DNA of 64,000 bases from a virus, in IMG/VR virus record IMGVR_UViG_3300025127_000009, positions 64,001 to 128,000 of that record; one strand, written 5' to 3'. Below, piece after piece: positions 20,779-30,627 of the stretch (the first letter of the stretch is position 1; each line of letters begins with the position of its first letter). The position numbers and the translations under genes were made by a program. The notes under the pieces are model-generated. The model ran no database searches. It had not been told where the DNA came from and was given only the letters and a program-made list of their open reading frames with translations.

Positions 20779-21016
20779 TTTTTTCTTCTTTCTTTTTTGA
20801 GAAAACCCAAGTACCTTTTAGTGTAGGGTTGTTACCTGTAGTGCTGCAAAATGCATGATTTTTAATTTCAATACTGCTGATATTGTACCCTTCTTTTTTT
20901 AAAAAGTCAAGTACTTGATCGGTATCAATCGAAGCATATGGGTCTTTTGCAAACTTTCTTTCTTTTAAGGATGCGTGAACCTTAATTTCATCATTGCTAG
21001 TTTCTAACTTAAACAT
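20633..21016 (-). CDS. Hypothetical protein (tail overlaps next gene)
   Basis: 127 aa ORF. Confidence 0.55.
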   Translation of the reverse strand: MFKLETSNDEIKVHASLKERKFAKDPYASIDTDQVLDFLKKEGYNISSIEIKNHAFCSTTGNNPTLKGTWVFSKKKEEKNVKSVKSTPRRRSNANQKDKLLRNEDVDGVQPQAQTSVSGQNKKVSGK

Positions 21017-21680
21017 TTTCTAACTCCTCTAATTTTTTATATAAAACTGGACTGACTTTCTTTAAATAGATGTCTTTATGATAAAAATATGCTTCAAATC
21101 CATTAGCAAAGTATTCTCTTAGGGATGTTGCACCGTAAGGAGAGAAATATATACCTTGAGATATAGATGTCATCTCCGGATAACCTACATCATTGTAAAA
21201 AAAATCATCTAACCTTTTATCATATTCTACTTTTGACATCTCCAGAGAAGAATAACGATATCCATTTTTTTCGAGTTCCCCGTGAAGTTGCATTCTTTTT
21301 TTGACGAACTCTCTTTCTAGTTGTAAATCTGAATAAATTTCATTCCAGAAACCATCTTCTACTGCATGGCCAATTTCATGAATTATATCATCAATAACAG
21401 AAGAATTGTCTATTTGTGTACTTGAAACATAAATCGCACCATCCTTAAATGCTGCATTGAAGTGCATTTTTGTCAAGAAATCAAAATTTCCAAATATCAC
21501 ATAATCAACTAGTCTCCTAAAAGATCTTGGCAGTCTATCAAGAACTTTCGATAATTGTTTGCGATCTAAAGCAAAATTTAAATCGTCTTTAACAATCATG
21601 TTGATTCCGGAAACAGCAAAAAAGTTTTTTTTATTCTTGATGTGATTTTTCATTTGCAATCTTTTCGCCAGCCTCAACAT
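21009..21680 (-). CDS. Putative zincin-like metallopeptidase
   Basis: IIHEIGHAVE (HExxH) and downstream EYFANGFE; true start may be the second Met. Confidence 0.65.
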   Translation of the reverse strand: MLRLAKRLQMKNHIKNKKNFFAVSGINMIVKDDLNFALDRKQLSKVLDRLPRSFRRLVDYVIFGNFDFLTKMHFNAAFKDGAIYVSSTQIDNSSVIDDIIHEIGHAVEDGFWNEIYSDLQLEREFVKKRMQLHGELEKNGYRYSSLEMSKVEYDKRLDDFFYNDVGYPEMTSISQGIYFSPYGATSLREYFANGFEAYFYHKDIYLKKVSPVLYKKLEELENV

Positions 21681-21906
21681 CTACTAAGGCTTGATGGTAT
21701 CCTCTTACCCAATTCTCTTCAGACACACAAAGAATTAATTCTGGAAACTCCTGAGATAAAACTTCTACAATCATTTCAAGATTAACTTCTTCGTTTTCTG
21801 GGTTTTTGACACCTCCTACATATTGCACGATATGGTCTTTCAATTCGCTTTCGTTGTTCATTTTAATCACATCTTTTAATGTGCTTTTTTCATCAAGTAT
21901 GTCCAT
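21631..21906 (-). CDS. Hypothetical protein
   Basis: 91 aa ORF. Confidence 0.65.
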   Translation of the reverse strand: MDILDEKSTLKDVIKMNNESELKDHIVQYVGGVKNPENEEVNLEMIVEVLSQEFPELILCVSEENWVRGYHQALVDVEAGEKIANEKSHQE

Positions 21907-21915
21907 TTTTTCTCC

Positions 21916-23238
21916 TTAAAGTATCTTTGATGCTATTGTTGCAACTTTAGATCTCTCACCTTTTACTAAAGTTATGTGACCTGCGACCTGTTGATTTTTA
22001 AATTTTTCTATGACATAGGTTAAGCCATTGCTTGTTTGATCCAGGTATACATTATCAATCTGTTCAATATCACCGGTCAAAACTATTTTTGTGCCTTCAC
22101 CCACCCTAGTAAGCACTGTTTTTATTTCGTGTTTTGTCATATTCTGTGCTTCGTCAATAATGATGTAGGAATTTGCTATAGATCGTCCCCGAATAAAAGT
22201 CATGGCCTCGACCTCTATTTTACCTTCTTCCTGATACATGTCCAAAGTAACTTTATCATTACCCATCAGATTTTGCAAATTGTCTTGGATCGGAGCCAAC
22301 CAAGGCATCATTTTATCTTCCATTGTTCCCGGCAAAAATCCTATATCCTTCCCTACTGGTTCAACGGGTTTTGTTACGATAACTCGCCTATAATTTAAAT
22401 CATTAGCAGTCTCTCCAAAACACTGTTGAAGGCCTGCAGCGAGTGCCAATAGTGTCTTTCCAGAGCCTGCTTTGCCGATTATGCTGACTAAATGAATGTC
22501 TGGATCAGTAAGCAAATCTAATGCAAAATTTTGTTCTTTATTTTTTGGACGCACACCCCATATTCCAGTTTTAAAACTATCTACTTTTTTGACGGGGACT
22601 TCATAATTTTTGAATTTGACTAGCGCTGTCTTTTTTTCATTTGAATTACTAATCAGCATCACAAACTGATTAGGTACCAGAGAGACATCGTTTTCTTCCA
22701 AATACACATCTTCTGACTTATAGATAGAATCTATTATTTGTTCATCGACTAGGTGGTTTTCTAGTCCAGTATATAGTGTTTCTATATCTTCTACCACCTG
22801 ATCATCGTTGTAATCTTGACAAGGAACTCCAAGAGAATCGCACTTAACACGCATGTTAATATCTCTAGAAACCAGCACAACCTCAACTTTGTTTTTGTTT
22901 TCTTTTTTAAGACTTAAAACTGTTGCTATAATTTGATTATCCGGGTTGTCTAAATCCAAATCATCTGGCAAACAAAAAGGATCATATTTTTTGACATACA
23001 GATTTGATTTGCCATCATTGATTGTAACTCCATCAAATAAATTACCATCTTGCCTCATTTCGTCCAATTTTCTAATTATATTTCTTGCGTGTACACCAAC
23101 AGAATCCTGTCTTTTTTTATGTTTATCGATTTCGTCTAACACTTTTAGTGGTATTGCAATATCGGCTCCCACAAATTTGTGAAGACAATTAGCGTCTGTT
23201 AAGAAGACATTGGTGTCTAAAACGTATATATTCTTCAA
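21916..23238 (-). CDS. phoH: PIN-domain PhoH-family ATPase (PhoH2 type)
   Basis: N-terminal PIN VLDTNVFL; GKAGSGKT, GFLPG, FIRGRS, IIDEAQN, GDIEQID. Confidence 0.92.
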   Translation of the reverse strand: MKNIYVLDTNVFLTDANCLHKFVGADIAIPLKVLDEIDKHKKRQDSVGVHARNIIRKLDEMRQDGNLFDGVTINDGKSNLYVKKYDPFCLPDDLDLDNPDNQIIATVLSLKKENKNKVEVVLVSRDINMRVKCDSLGVPCQDYNDDQVVEDIETLYTGLENHLVDEQIIDSIYKSEDVYLEENDVSLVPNQFVMLISNSNEKKTALVKFKNYEVPVKKVDSFKTGIWGVRPKNKEQNFALDLLTDPDIHLVSIIGKAGSGKTLLALAAGLQQCFGETANDLNYRRVIVTKPVEPVGKDIGFLPGTMEDKMMPWLAPIQDNLQNLMGNDKVTLDMYQEEGKIEVEAMTFIRGRSIANSYIIIDEAQNMTKHEIKTVLTRVGEGTKIVLTGDIEQIDNVYLDQTSNGLTYVIEKFKNQQVAGHITLVKGERSKVATIASKIL

Positions 23239-23330
23239 TCAATTCACCTTTTCTATATTATAATTAGTTTATTTGCAGGGTTTTAAAAAAAATATTATTT
23301 TTATAACATAGTTATTTTAGAAGACAAATT

Positions 23331-24071
23331 ATGCACACGAAAATAACAATATTGTGTTTATTTATCGTAGGCTTAATTGCCGGGTGTGCATCTTTACAAG
23401 AAAGAAGAGCCTTCAAAATAAAATCATATGTAAAAGTTTTCTCTACAGTGGTCGGTACTAAATGTATAACTGATGTAAAAAATAAGAACCAATCTATTTG
23501 TATTGAAACTGAATTTACCTCTTCCGGTTCTGGCTCTATAGTTCATCAAACAAAAGACGAAACATCGATTTTAACCGCCGCTCACGTTTGTTTATATGAT
23601 TTGCCAGATGAAATAGAGAAAGAATTTGACAAAATAGAAAGAAAATATAAAATTCAAACTAGTGATAAAAAAATTAGAGAAGTCTTTCTTAGAAAGATCT
23701 CTCCTGGCTTTAAAAACAACAAAGGCATAGATCTTTGCTTGTTAAACTCTCCAAAATTAGATCTACCAAAACTTCACCTATCTAGCCAAGGACCTAAACT
23801 TGGAGAAAGAATTTACAATATGGCTTCGCCTCACGGTTCTTACAACCCACCAGCACCCATAATGTTTAGTGGGCATTATAGTGGAGAAAATGAAAACGGA
23901 CCTGAGTGTATTGTTACTTTACCATCAGCACCAGGAAGTTCTGGTAGTCCACTTCTTAACAGTAGAGGTGAACTAGTTGGTTTAGTTTTCGCTGTTAACA
24001 TGGAATTATCTACTCTTACAATGTGTGTGAAATATACAACATTAAAAGAATTCTTAGACGCCAGTTTATAG
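23331..24071 (+). CDS. Trypsin-like serine protease, predicted lipoprotein
   Basis: Lipobox LIAGC; TAAHV, DLCLL and GSSGSP catalytic triad motifs. Confidence 0.85.
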   Translation: MHTKITILCLFIVGLIAGCASLQERRAFKIKSYVKVFSTVVGTKCITDVKNKNQSICIETEFTSSGSGSIVHQTKDETSILTAAHVCLYDLPDEIEKEFDKIERKYKIQTSDKKIREVFLRKISPGFKNNKGIDLCLLNSPKLDLPKLHLSSQGPKLGERIYNMASPHGSYNPPAPIMFSGHYSGENENGPECIVTLPSAPGSSGSPLLNSRGELVGLVFAVNMELSTLTMCVKYTTLKEFLDASL

Positions 24072-24236
24072 CCCCATTTTAATCCACTTATCAACTTTCT
24101 GTTCTTTTATCTCTACAATCTTTCTCAGTCTCTTGGCATATTGAACTTTATTGTTGTTTTCTGCTAGTTCTATATCTTTCCACATTTTTTCAATTTCAAT
24201 TTTAAGTGCGTTAATTCTATTGTTATATTTTTTCAT
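24066..24236 (-). CDS. Small hypothetical protein (56 aa)
   Basis: Manual translation MKKYNNRINALK...KMGL; not in the ORF track. Confidence 0.5.
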   Translation of the reverse strand: MKKYNNRINALKIEIEKMWKDIELAENNNKVQYAKRLRKIVEIKEQKVDKWIKMGL

Positions 24237-24244
24237 TTTTTATC

Positions 24245-24562
24245 TCACAATTTTTCAAATATAATATGAAGTTTAAATAATAAATTTATTCCATGAGTAC
24301 CGGTACCGAGTTTTGGAAAAAAATGAACTGTCTTTACAAGTGGGATATCTTCAATTTTTTTAATAAAAGACAAACTTAGTCTATCTACCAACAATTGAAA
24401 TGTATATTCCCTTCCATAAACTTTTGCCAAATCTTTCCAGAGAATCTTTACTTCCTTTTCCCCCTTAAGGGCATTTTCTAGTAAAATTTTTATCTGATCG
24501 ATTGTTAATTCTTTCTTTTTAACTCTTCTTTTTCTAGTAGCCATCCTTGTACCAACCTCCAC
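24245..24562 (-). CDS. Hypothetical protein
   Basis: 105 aa ORF. Confidence 0.6.
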   Translation of the reverse strand: MEVGTRMATRKRRVKKKELTIDQIKILLENALKGEKEVKILWKDLAKVYGREYTFQLLVDRLSLSFIKKIEDIPLVKTVHFFPKLGTGTHGINLLFKLHIIFEKL

Positions 24563-24737
24563 CTTTTAAGACAAAACTGCTTTTACCTATTATATTATAT
24601 AGTGTTAGTTCACCATCTTGACCACTGTAACACACTGGGCAGGGGCCTGGATTTTTAAGCATCTTTTTTTGTTCATAGGTCATTAACATAGACATGGTGT
24701 GGCCACAATTGCTACACTCAAAATTATACATGGGCAT
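24534..24737 (-). CDS. FmdB-family zinc-ribbon protein
   Basis: MPMYNFECSNCG...CPVC...FVLKGGGWYKDGY. Confidence 0.85.
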   Translation of the reverse strand: MPMYNFECSNCGHTMSMLMTYEQKKMLKNPGPCPVCYSGQDGELTLYNIIGKSSFVLKGGGWYKDGY

Positions 24738-24738
24738 T

Positions 24739-25371
24739 CTAAATAATCTCGTCTATCAGCCCATATTTGAGACACTTTTCTGCTTCCCACCAAAGATCAT
24801 GTTTTAAGATGTCTTCTAAAACTTTTTCTGGAATCTTTGTATGTTCTCTGTATATATTTTTTATTTTTTCCATTAACATTTCTGAATTTTCAATATCATC
24901 CTTCATTTCATGAAACTTTCCCCACATTCCTCCCGATAACTGGTGAATTAACATGCATGAATTTTTGTGCATACTTCTATGATGGCCAACAACTGACATC
25001 ATAGTTGCCGCAGATGCTGCGCAACCATCAATTATAGTTTCGACTTCTGTTTTAGAATTTTTAATGTAATCTATTGCTGCTAGTGCAGCAAAGACAGACC
25101 CGCCATAACTATTTATGTGTATCTTTATCGGAGGTGGACTATAGCCTATCACTTTTGACTTTTCAAAGGTATTGTTAAAACTTACAATTGCTTGATTTAA
25201 TTTTAAAATCTTTGGACGTGTTACGGCAGAATAAAAATATATTCTATTGTCTGCTGAAGTTACTGTATTAAAGTCATCTGCTCCAGCATTTTGCCTCTCT
25301 TGCAAAGATTCATGCACAGACAAAGGAGAGGACTCCTTTTCTTCTTTGCTCCCCCAAAATTTATCTCTCAT
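24739..25371 (-). CDS. clpP: ClpP-like serine protease subunit
   Basis: INSYGGSV, AASAAT (Ser), LIHQ (His), HDLWW (Asp), CLKYGLID. Confidence 0.85.
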   Translation of the reverse strand: MRDKFWGSKEEKESSPLSVHESLQERQNAGADDFNTVTSADNRIYFYSAVTRPKILKLNQAIVSFNNTFEKSKVIGYSPPPIKIHINSYGGSVFAALAAIDYIKNSKTEVETIIDGCAASAATMMSVVGHHRSMHKNSCMLIHQLSGGMWGKFHEMKDDIENSEMLMEKIKNIYREHTKIPEKVLEDILKHDLWWEAEKCLKYGLIDEII

Positions 25372-25420
25372 TTAATCTCCTATTGATGAAATTATAATAT
25401 CACAAAAAACAATATTTTTT

Positions 25421-25939
25421 TTAATTGTCAGTAACGATTGCAGAAGGCAGAGACATTGCCCTGATAATAAAAGGAGGGTATTCATTTGACCAAACAATTG
25501 TTTGATCACCAGAAAGGCTGGACTTTGCGGCTATATAATATGTATAAGATTTTCCAGGGGTCAGGCCAGTTAAAACCCAAGAAGCATTTATCATAACATC
25601 GTCTGATTCTTCAGCCTGCCAAAACAATCTTTCATCGCCAGCACTGTAAGAAGAATTAGTACTTATTGCCAAACTCAAACGAGCAGAATTGGTACCATCT
25701 GTGTCGGTTATATGAAAAAGAGTTTGTAGTTCCACATTTCCGCTAAAAGGTGCTTTGAAAGTTATTTTTGCTGTTTGATCAGTAGAGGCTATGTTTGTCA
25801 TAGTGGTCGTTACAGCATAAGATTGATTGCTAGCATTGTCTAGTGCTACGTAGGAAAGTATCAAACCACCTGCATTGATGTGTTTTGGGAGTATCTTTCT
25901 TATTCCTATATCTTTTAAACCGGCCATATTTACCCTCAC
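25421..25939 (-). CDS. Hypothetical beta-rich protein, possibly tail-fibre related
   Basis: 172 aa Ser/Thr-rich ORF. Confidence 0.55.
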   Translation of the reverse strand: MRVNMAGLKDIGIRKILPKHINAGGLILSYVALDNASNQSYAVTTTMTNIASTDQTAKITFKAPFSGNVELQTLFHITDTDGTNSARLSLAISTNSSYSAGDERLFWQAEESDDVMINASWVLTGLTPGKSYTYYIAAKSSLSGDQTIVWSNEYPPFIIRAMSLPSAIVTDN

Positions 25940-26286
25940 TCTATAATAGTATTTAGGTTGTATTTTCTAATATAAGACTTGAATTCAGTAACACTAAGAC
26001 CTAACAAGGAGGCTGCTTGTTTTTGAGAATTACAAAAGCGTAAAGAAAACCTAACCAAAGACTCTTTAGTTATCTGATTAATATTTTTAAATATAGGATA
26101 CCCGAATAGTTTACCATTTAGTCCTCTAGCACTTAACTCTAATTTGGCTGCTATTAATTCTTCTAGTGTTAAACTTGAAAGTACCAATTCGAAATCTTTA
26201 TTTTCAAATCTTTGTTCTATATCTTTAAGTACTGATTTGTACTTTTTTCTTTGTTTCTTCAAAACCACCAAACCCAACCACCTCAC
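25936..26286 (-). CDS. Hypothetical protein with C-terminal Fis-like HTH
   Basis: SQKQAASLLGLS motif. Confidence 0.55.
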   Translation of the reverse strand: MRWLGLVVLKKQRKKYKSVLKDIEQRFENKDFELVLSSLTLEELIAAKLELSARGLNGKLFGYPIFKNINQITKESLVRFSLRFCNSQKQAASLLGLSVTEFKSYIRKYNLNTIIE

Positions 26287-26344
26287 TAAAATAGCATATT
26301 TTTTTTATGAATAAAAGATTTTTTTTGAAAAAAATAAATTTATT

Positions 26345-29308
26345 TTACTGACTTAGTTCGTCTGATCCCAAATCTTCTTGTTCATCTGGGTTATATGAAT
26401 CTGATTCTGGCTCGTCGGGCGCTCCGGCTAACTCTTCTTCAAATTTATCAAAGTATAATTTTATATTTGTTAGTAGATAATCATAAAATAATTCACGATC
26501 ATCCTGATTATGTAGGCTCTTGTATGCTTTTACGATTTCGCTCTTCGTTTGCTCAAAGTCTCTATAAGCATAATCACGACCAGTTAATTCTTCACCCTCA
26601 AGACCAAATTTTTCTTTAGGGTCTTCCTCTTCTTCTTCTTTGGGTCTAACGTCAATAAATTTATCTTCTTCGCTAGCGTTTAAAGGATCATCGTCATCAT
26701 CAGTTATGTTGATGTCTACCTCACTGATCTCTTCTTCATCTTTAACGTCAGCAGCCAAATCTACAGGTTTAAGTTCATTTTCTATAGCATTAAGTATATG
26801 TCTTCTGTAGGATTGTCTTTGTTCTGGATCTGTTGTTAACGATTTAAAGCCAGCCTCTAAAACCTCTACAATTTTATTTAATAAAACTTCAAGAGCATTA
26901 ATGGCTGTGCTCGGATGAGGATTTTTATCTACATCAGCCTCTGTAATTATTTTTCCTATCACAGACCTAAGTCTGAACTTTTCAGAAACCTCTTCTATTG
27001 TGGTTCTAATAAATTTTCTCCTTTCGGCTAAAAGAAATTTATTGATTGTACTTCTTAATTTTAGTTGTTCCATTATTTCAATCCTTGAATTGTAGTTCAC
27101 CTCACCAAAGTAATTAGTTTTCTTTTTTTGTTTCTTTTTGTTTTTACTTGGAGGTGAAACATGACCAGCAACTGCCGCAGCAACAGATGCTTCTTCGATA
27201 TCTTCCTCAGTATCGCAATCATTTTCGTTTTTCATGAATGCATTAGATTTATCAACTGGTCTGGCTTGATTAAACGGCGCACCGTATTTTGTTAAATCTT
27301 TCCTTCCAGTATCAAGCAATCTTTTATGGCTTTTGCTAGTTCTGGGCTTAGCCACTGCGGTTTGAAAACTTTCTTCCAGTTGATCATCCGATAAAGATTC
27401 CGAATCCATAACTTGTTCCGGCTCTTGTTTTTTTTTAACTCCAATAACATTATAAATTAACTCCGGGTCAACACCTTGAGGGATAAATTTTGTTATGTCT
27501 TCTCCCTTCTCTAGTGCTTCTCTAAATTCTGTGGCCCCCAATCCTTTATAGGTTGGAATTGCAAACTCACTAACATCGCCAGCGTAAACATTAGGCAAGG
27601 TGGATTCTTCATTGTGAAAATCTCTAAAAAGCCACCAATCAGGTTTTTGAGTTGATGGATCTTTTTCTCCAGTTTCTGGGTTTTTGCTTCCCGTTTTTGG
27701 GTCTAATTTATCGCTTCTGATAGGCACAACCATGTCTCCTTCGCTAGGAAATCCAATTTTTGCTAGCGCCTCATCCTCACCATTTAAAATATCAAACACA
27801 ACTTGAACAGGCGAATTCATACTAGACTTAACTACTGTAACTTGATTTCTATTAATTCCTTCAACTTCCATAAACTTATTTAACAAAGTTATAGAATGAT
27901 CTGCAGTTATTTTTGTACCATCACTCAAATCTCTGTCAATCGGACTAACAAGAACCAAAACATGACTACATTTCTTAAGCGCTTCTTTGATACTAAAGAG
28001 ATGCCCATTGTGAGGAGGTTTAAATTTTCCAGGATACACACCAAGAACTCTCTTGATATCCATGTATTCTACACTTTTGCCCTCCTCTTCTCTTAACTCT
28101 TTTCTTTCGCTTTGCCTATATTTCATTCCAAGAATTTGGTTGATAGGTGCAAAATTGCCTGTCAACTTATACGTAACATTGTCTGGACCAACAAAAACAA
28201 AACCTTCTGAAGAACCGATGTGCGCTGTTTTCACATCTTTTAATTTTTCAAGTTGTTTCGTTAACACTTTTATTTGCTCTTCATCTCCAGAATTCATAAC
28301 CTGAAGCCTAACGTCTTCTATCGCTTGTCGTATAGTTTCAGAGTTTTTTGATGGGTCTAAAATAAAAGCACTTTCAAACGCTCGCAATGCTTCAATTGCA
28401 AAATCATGTATCACCTCTTCAAGAGGAAGAACAGCGTCTTTGAACAACTGTTTGTTTTTTATAAGAGAAGAAACTTGAGTTTTTATTTCTTTTGGAAGGC
28501 CTTTTGTGATCTGAGGTGCGCCTAGAGCGCCTTTAAGGTTTAGCAACCTTAATACAACTTCTCGCTTCATTTCGTTTGATAGTGGTAGTTCCTTCACATG
28601 AGGCACTAAATTGGCAGCAATCATGTCGTTAATGTGATTATCATCATCTAATCCATACGTTTTTTGAATTTGCTTTATTCCACCTAATGCATTCTTGAGT
28701 GGTTCTTCGCTTAAAAACTTTTCTAATTGACGTATTGCTCCAACTTGGATGCGATAATTGTCTTTTGCAACCCTCTTGTTCATTCTTTCCATAGAAGATA
28801 TAAGTTTCTGCAAATTTTCAGATAAATCAACATCTATCACTTTTCTAGTTCTAGGGTCGATTCTAACATGTCCAACTCTATGAATTACCAGTTCTGTAGT
28901 GCTATAGTTGACAACGTTGATTGTTCTATAGTCAATAACTTCAGAATTGTAAAATATTTCGGCATCACCACCAAATATGTCTATTTGATCTTGTCGGTCC
29001 AACCCACGTACAGCCCTTTCAAAATTTTGAAATGCAGTGTTAAACGCTTTTTCAACTCCACCTCGTCCGCTAAATTTGGCGGCTAGTTGCTCAGCATCTA
29101 AACCACCTGCTTTAAGAGTTGTTTTGTTTCTTACGGCCTTTGCTTTTCCTTCTTTGACAGAATAGGAGACATAAAGATTCATACCGTCAAGTTTTTCTGT
29201 GCCTGTCAACTCACCTTGAGAGGCTGCTTTTAGTATTTCTTTTAACTGCCCAAATTTTAAAGCGCCATTATCATAGAGATGATTCATATGGCCGTAATAA
29301 GCACCCAT
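26345..29308 (-). CDS. Multidomain protein: ligase-like (KxDG) N-domain, HIGH nucleotidyltransferase, acidic C-terminal domain
   Basis: TEKLDGMN; YPGKFKPPHNGH; GATEFR; 987 aa. Confidence 0.7.
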   Translation of the reverse strand: MGAYYGHMNHLYDNGALKFGQLKEILKAASQGELTGTEKLDGMNLYVSYSVKEGKAKAVRNKTTLKAGGLDAEQLAAKFSGRGGVEKAFNTAFQNFERAVRGLDRQDQIDIFGGDAEIFYNSEVIDYRTINVVNYSTTELVIHRVGHVRIDPRTRKVIDVDLSENLQKLISSMERMNKRVAKDNYRIQVGAIRQLEKFLSEEPLKNALGGIKQIQKTYGLDDDNHINDMIAANLVPHVKELPLSNEMKREVVLRLLNLKGALGAPQITKGLPKEIKTQVSSLIKNKQLFKDAVLPLEEVIHDFAIEALRAFESAFILDPSKNSETIRQAIEDVRLQVMNSGDEEQIKVLTKQLEKLKDVKTAHIGSSEGFVFVGPDNVTYKLTGNFAPINQILGMKYRQSERKELREEEGKSVEYMDIKRVLGVYPGKFKPPHNGHLFSIKEALKKCSHVLVLVSPIDRDLSDGTKITADHSITLLNKFMEVEGINRNQVTVVKSSMNSPVQVVFDILNGEDEALAKIGFPSEGDMVVPIRSDKLDPKTGSKNPETGEKDPSTQKPDWWLFRDFHNEESTLPNVYAGDVSEFAIPTYKGLGATEFREALEKGEDITKFIPQGVDPELIYNVIGVKKKQEPEQVMDSESLSDDQLEESFQTAVAKPRTSKSHKRLLDTGRKDLTKYGAPFNQARPVDKSNAFMKNENDCDTEEDIEEASVAAAVAGHVSPPSKNKKKQKKKTNYFGEVNYNSRIEIMEQLKLRSTINKFLLAERRKFIRTTIEEVSEKFRLRSVIGKIITEADVDKNPHPSTAINALEVLLNKIVEVLEAGFKSLTTDPEQRQSYRRHILNAIENELKPVDLAADVKDEEEISEVDINITDDDDDPLNASEEDKFIDVRPKEEEEEDPKEKFGLEGEELTGRDYAYRDFEQTKSEIVKAYKSLHNQDDRELFYDYLLTNIKLYFDKFEEELAGAPDEPESDSYNPDEQEDLGSDELSQ

Positions 29309-29321
29309 TAGAAGATCTCCT

Positions 29322-30599
29322 TTATTTGATAAGTCTAGACATCAAGGCTTCGTTAATTTTTTCAAGTTTAATATTTTTAAGACTATTAATGCTGTTTTGT
29401 GATTTCTTAACTTCAGTTAAAGGGTTAACAGCAGTCTTAGACTCTTCCTGAATTTCTGGTTCTTGAGTTTCTTCCAATTCTTCTTGTTCTTCAAGTTGCA
29501 TATCTAAAATATCTGACAGTGCTTCGTTGAAACGAGAATACATTTGTTCACCAGCCATAGCATCTCTTTGAGCCATAAGTTGTGTTAAATCTTTTATTCC
29601 ACCCAATTTACGTTGAATGTGCTGGTCAATTTCTGCAATCTTTAATCCTTTTTCTGGATCTATGCTAACTTCAGATCCTCCACGGGGACCAATCTCTTCA
29701 GAATAAGTTTCTTCTTCTCCCTCGCTATAAGGAAGACGGCCCATGGCTTTACCTTGTTTGTAGGCTTTCATATATGCTGCTTGCACATCTGGGTCGTAGT
29801 ATTTGTGTGGCTTTACACCCTGTCTACCGTGACGCATGCCTTGTTTTTTTATTGCTTCTGCTTTTTCTTCGTCTGTCTGGGGTCCGATATCTTCTGGATC
29901 CACATATTTAAGAGGGTCGTCACCTTCTTCTACTTTTTCTTCGTCACCTTTTTTATCTTGCTTTGCCTTTACGTGCTTACGTAGTTGAGGTGGGATTTCT
30001 CCCTTCTTTGGCTTGCCAGCAGGTTTCTTGCCAGACTTGCCTTCTTTTTCTTTTTTGTCTTTCTGAGCCTTGCTTATTGGCTCTTTTGTATCACCGTCGC
30101 CATCCACATCTGGAAAATCTGGCTTTGCTGCTTCTTTTAAAATTGCTACTACCTTTTCTTTGATTAAGTCTTTAAGTTGATCCATTTTTTGTTCTCCTAT
30201 AGAAATTGGTGAGTTTGTTTGACTTTTGTGGGAATCTTCCCAATCACGAAATAACATATTTCCCTTTAAGTATGCTTCTTCTTCCATACTTCTCATGTGT
30301 GAATCTTTTTGAGCGTATCCCTCTGGTGTTTGTACATTTTTCAAATCACCTCTCATGTTTTGAGCGTGGTGCACCAATTCATGAGCCAAAGATCTTAAAG
30401 CATCTTTAGGGTGTCTGTTAGAAATATATACTGTGATTGCTTGATTTGCTGGCTCGTAATGAGCCGTGCGTCCAAGCATAGACTTTGAGTTATTTTCGTC
30501 GGTTACAAACTCAACACTTGGATTATTATCATATCCAAGATGTTCTTTGCAGTAAGACATTAGATCGCCAGAGGCTGTTTTGAAGTTATCATCATACAT
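29322..30599 (-). CDS. Probable internal virion protein with HExxH peptidase-like N-domain and EF-hand-like loop
   Basis: LAHELVHHAQ; PDVDGDGDTKE; low-complexity charged tail. Confidence 0.6.
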   Translation of the reverse strand: MYDDNFKTASGDLMSYCKEHLGYDNNPSVEFVTDENNSKSMLGRTAHYEPANQAITVYISNRHPKDALRSLAHELVHHAQNMRGDLKNVQTPEGYAQKDSHMRSMEEEAYLKGNMLFRDWEDSHKSQTNSPISIGEQKMDQLKDLIKEKVVAILKEAAKPDFPDVDGDGDTKEPISKAQKDKKEKEGKSGKKPAGKPKKGEIPPQLRKHVKAKQDKKGDEEKVEEGDDPLKYVDPEDIGPQTDEEKAEAIKKQGMRHGRQGVKPHKYYDPDVQAAYMKAYKQGKAMGRLPYSEGEEETYSEEIGPRGGSEVSIDPEKGLKIAEIDQHIQRKLGGIKDLTQLMAQRDAMAGEQMYSRFNEALSDILDMQLEEQEELEETQEPEIQEESKTAVNPLTEVKKSQNSINSLKNIKLEKINEALMSRLIK

Positions 30600-30627
30600 A
30601 AAAAATACCTAAAGGTATTTTAATTAG

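Noticed and set aside
26345-29308. Intein or intron in the 987-aa protein
   Set aside because: No Cys/Ser-start splicing block, His-Asn terminus or LAGLIDADG/HNH motif is recognisable; the extra length is low-complexity linker and separate domains.
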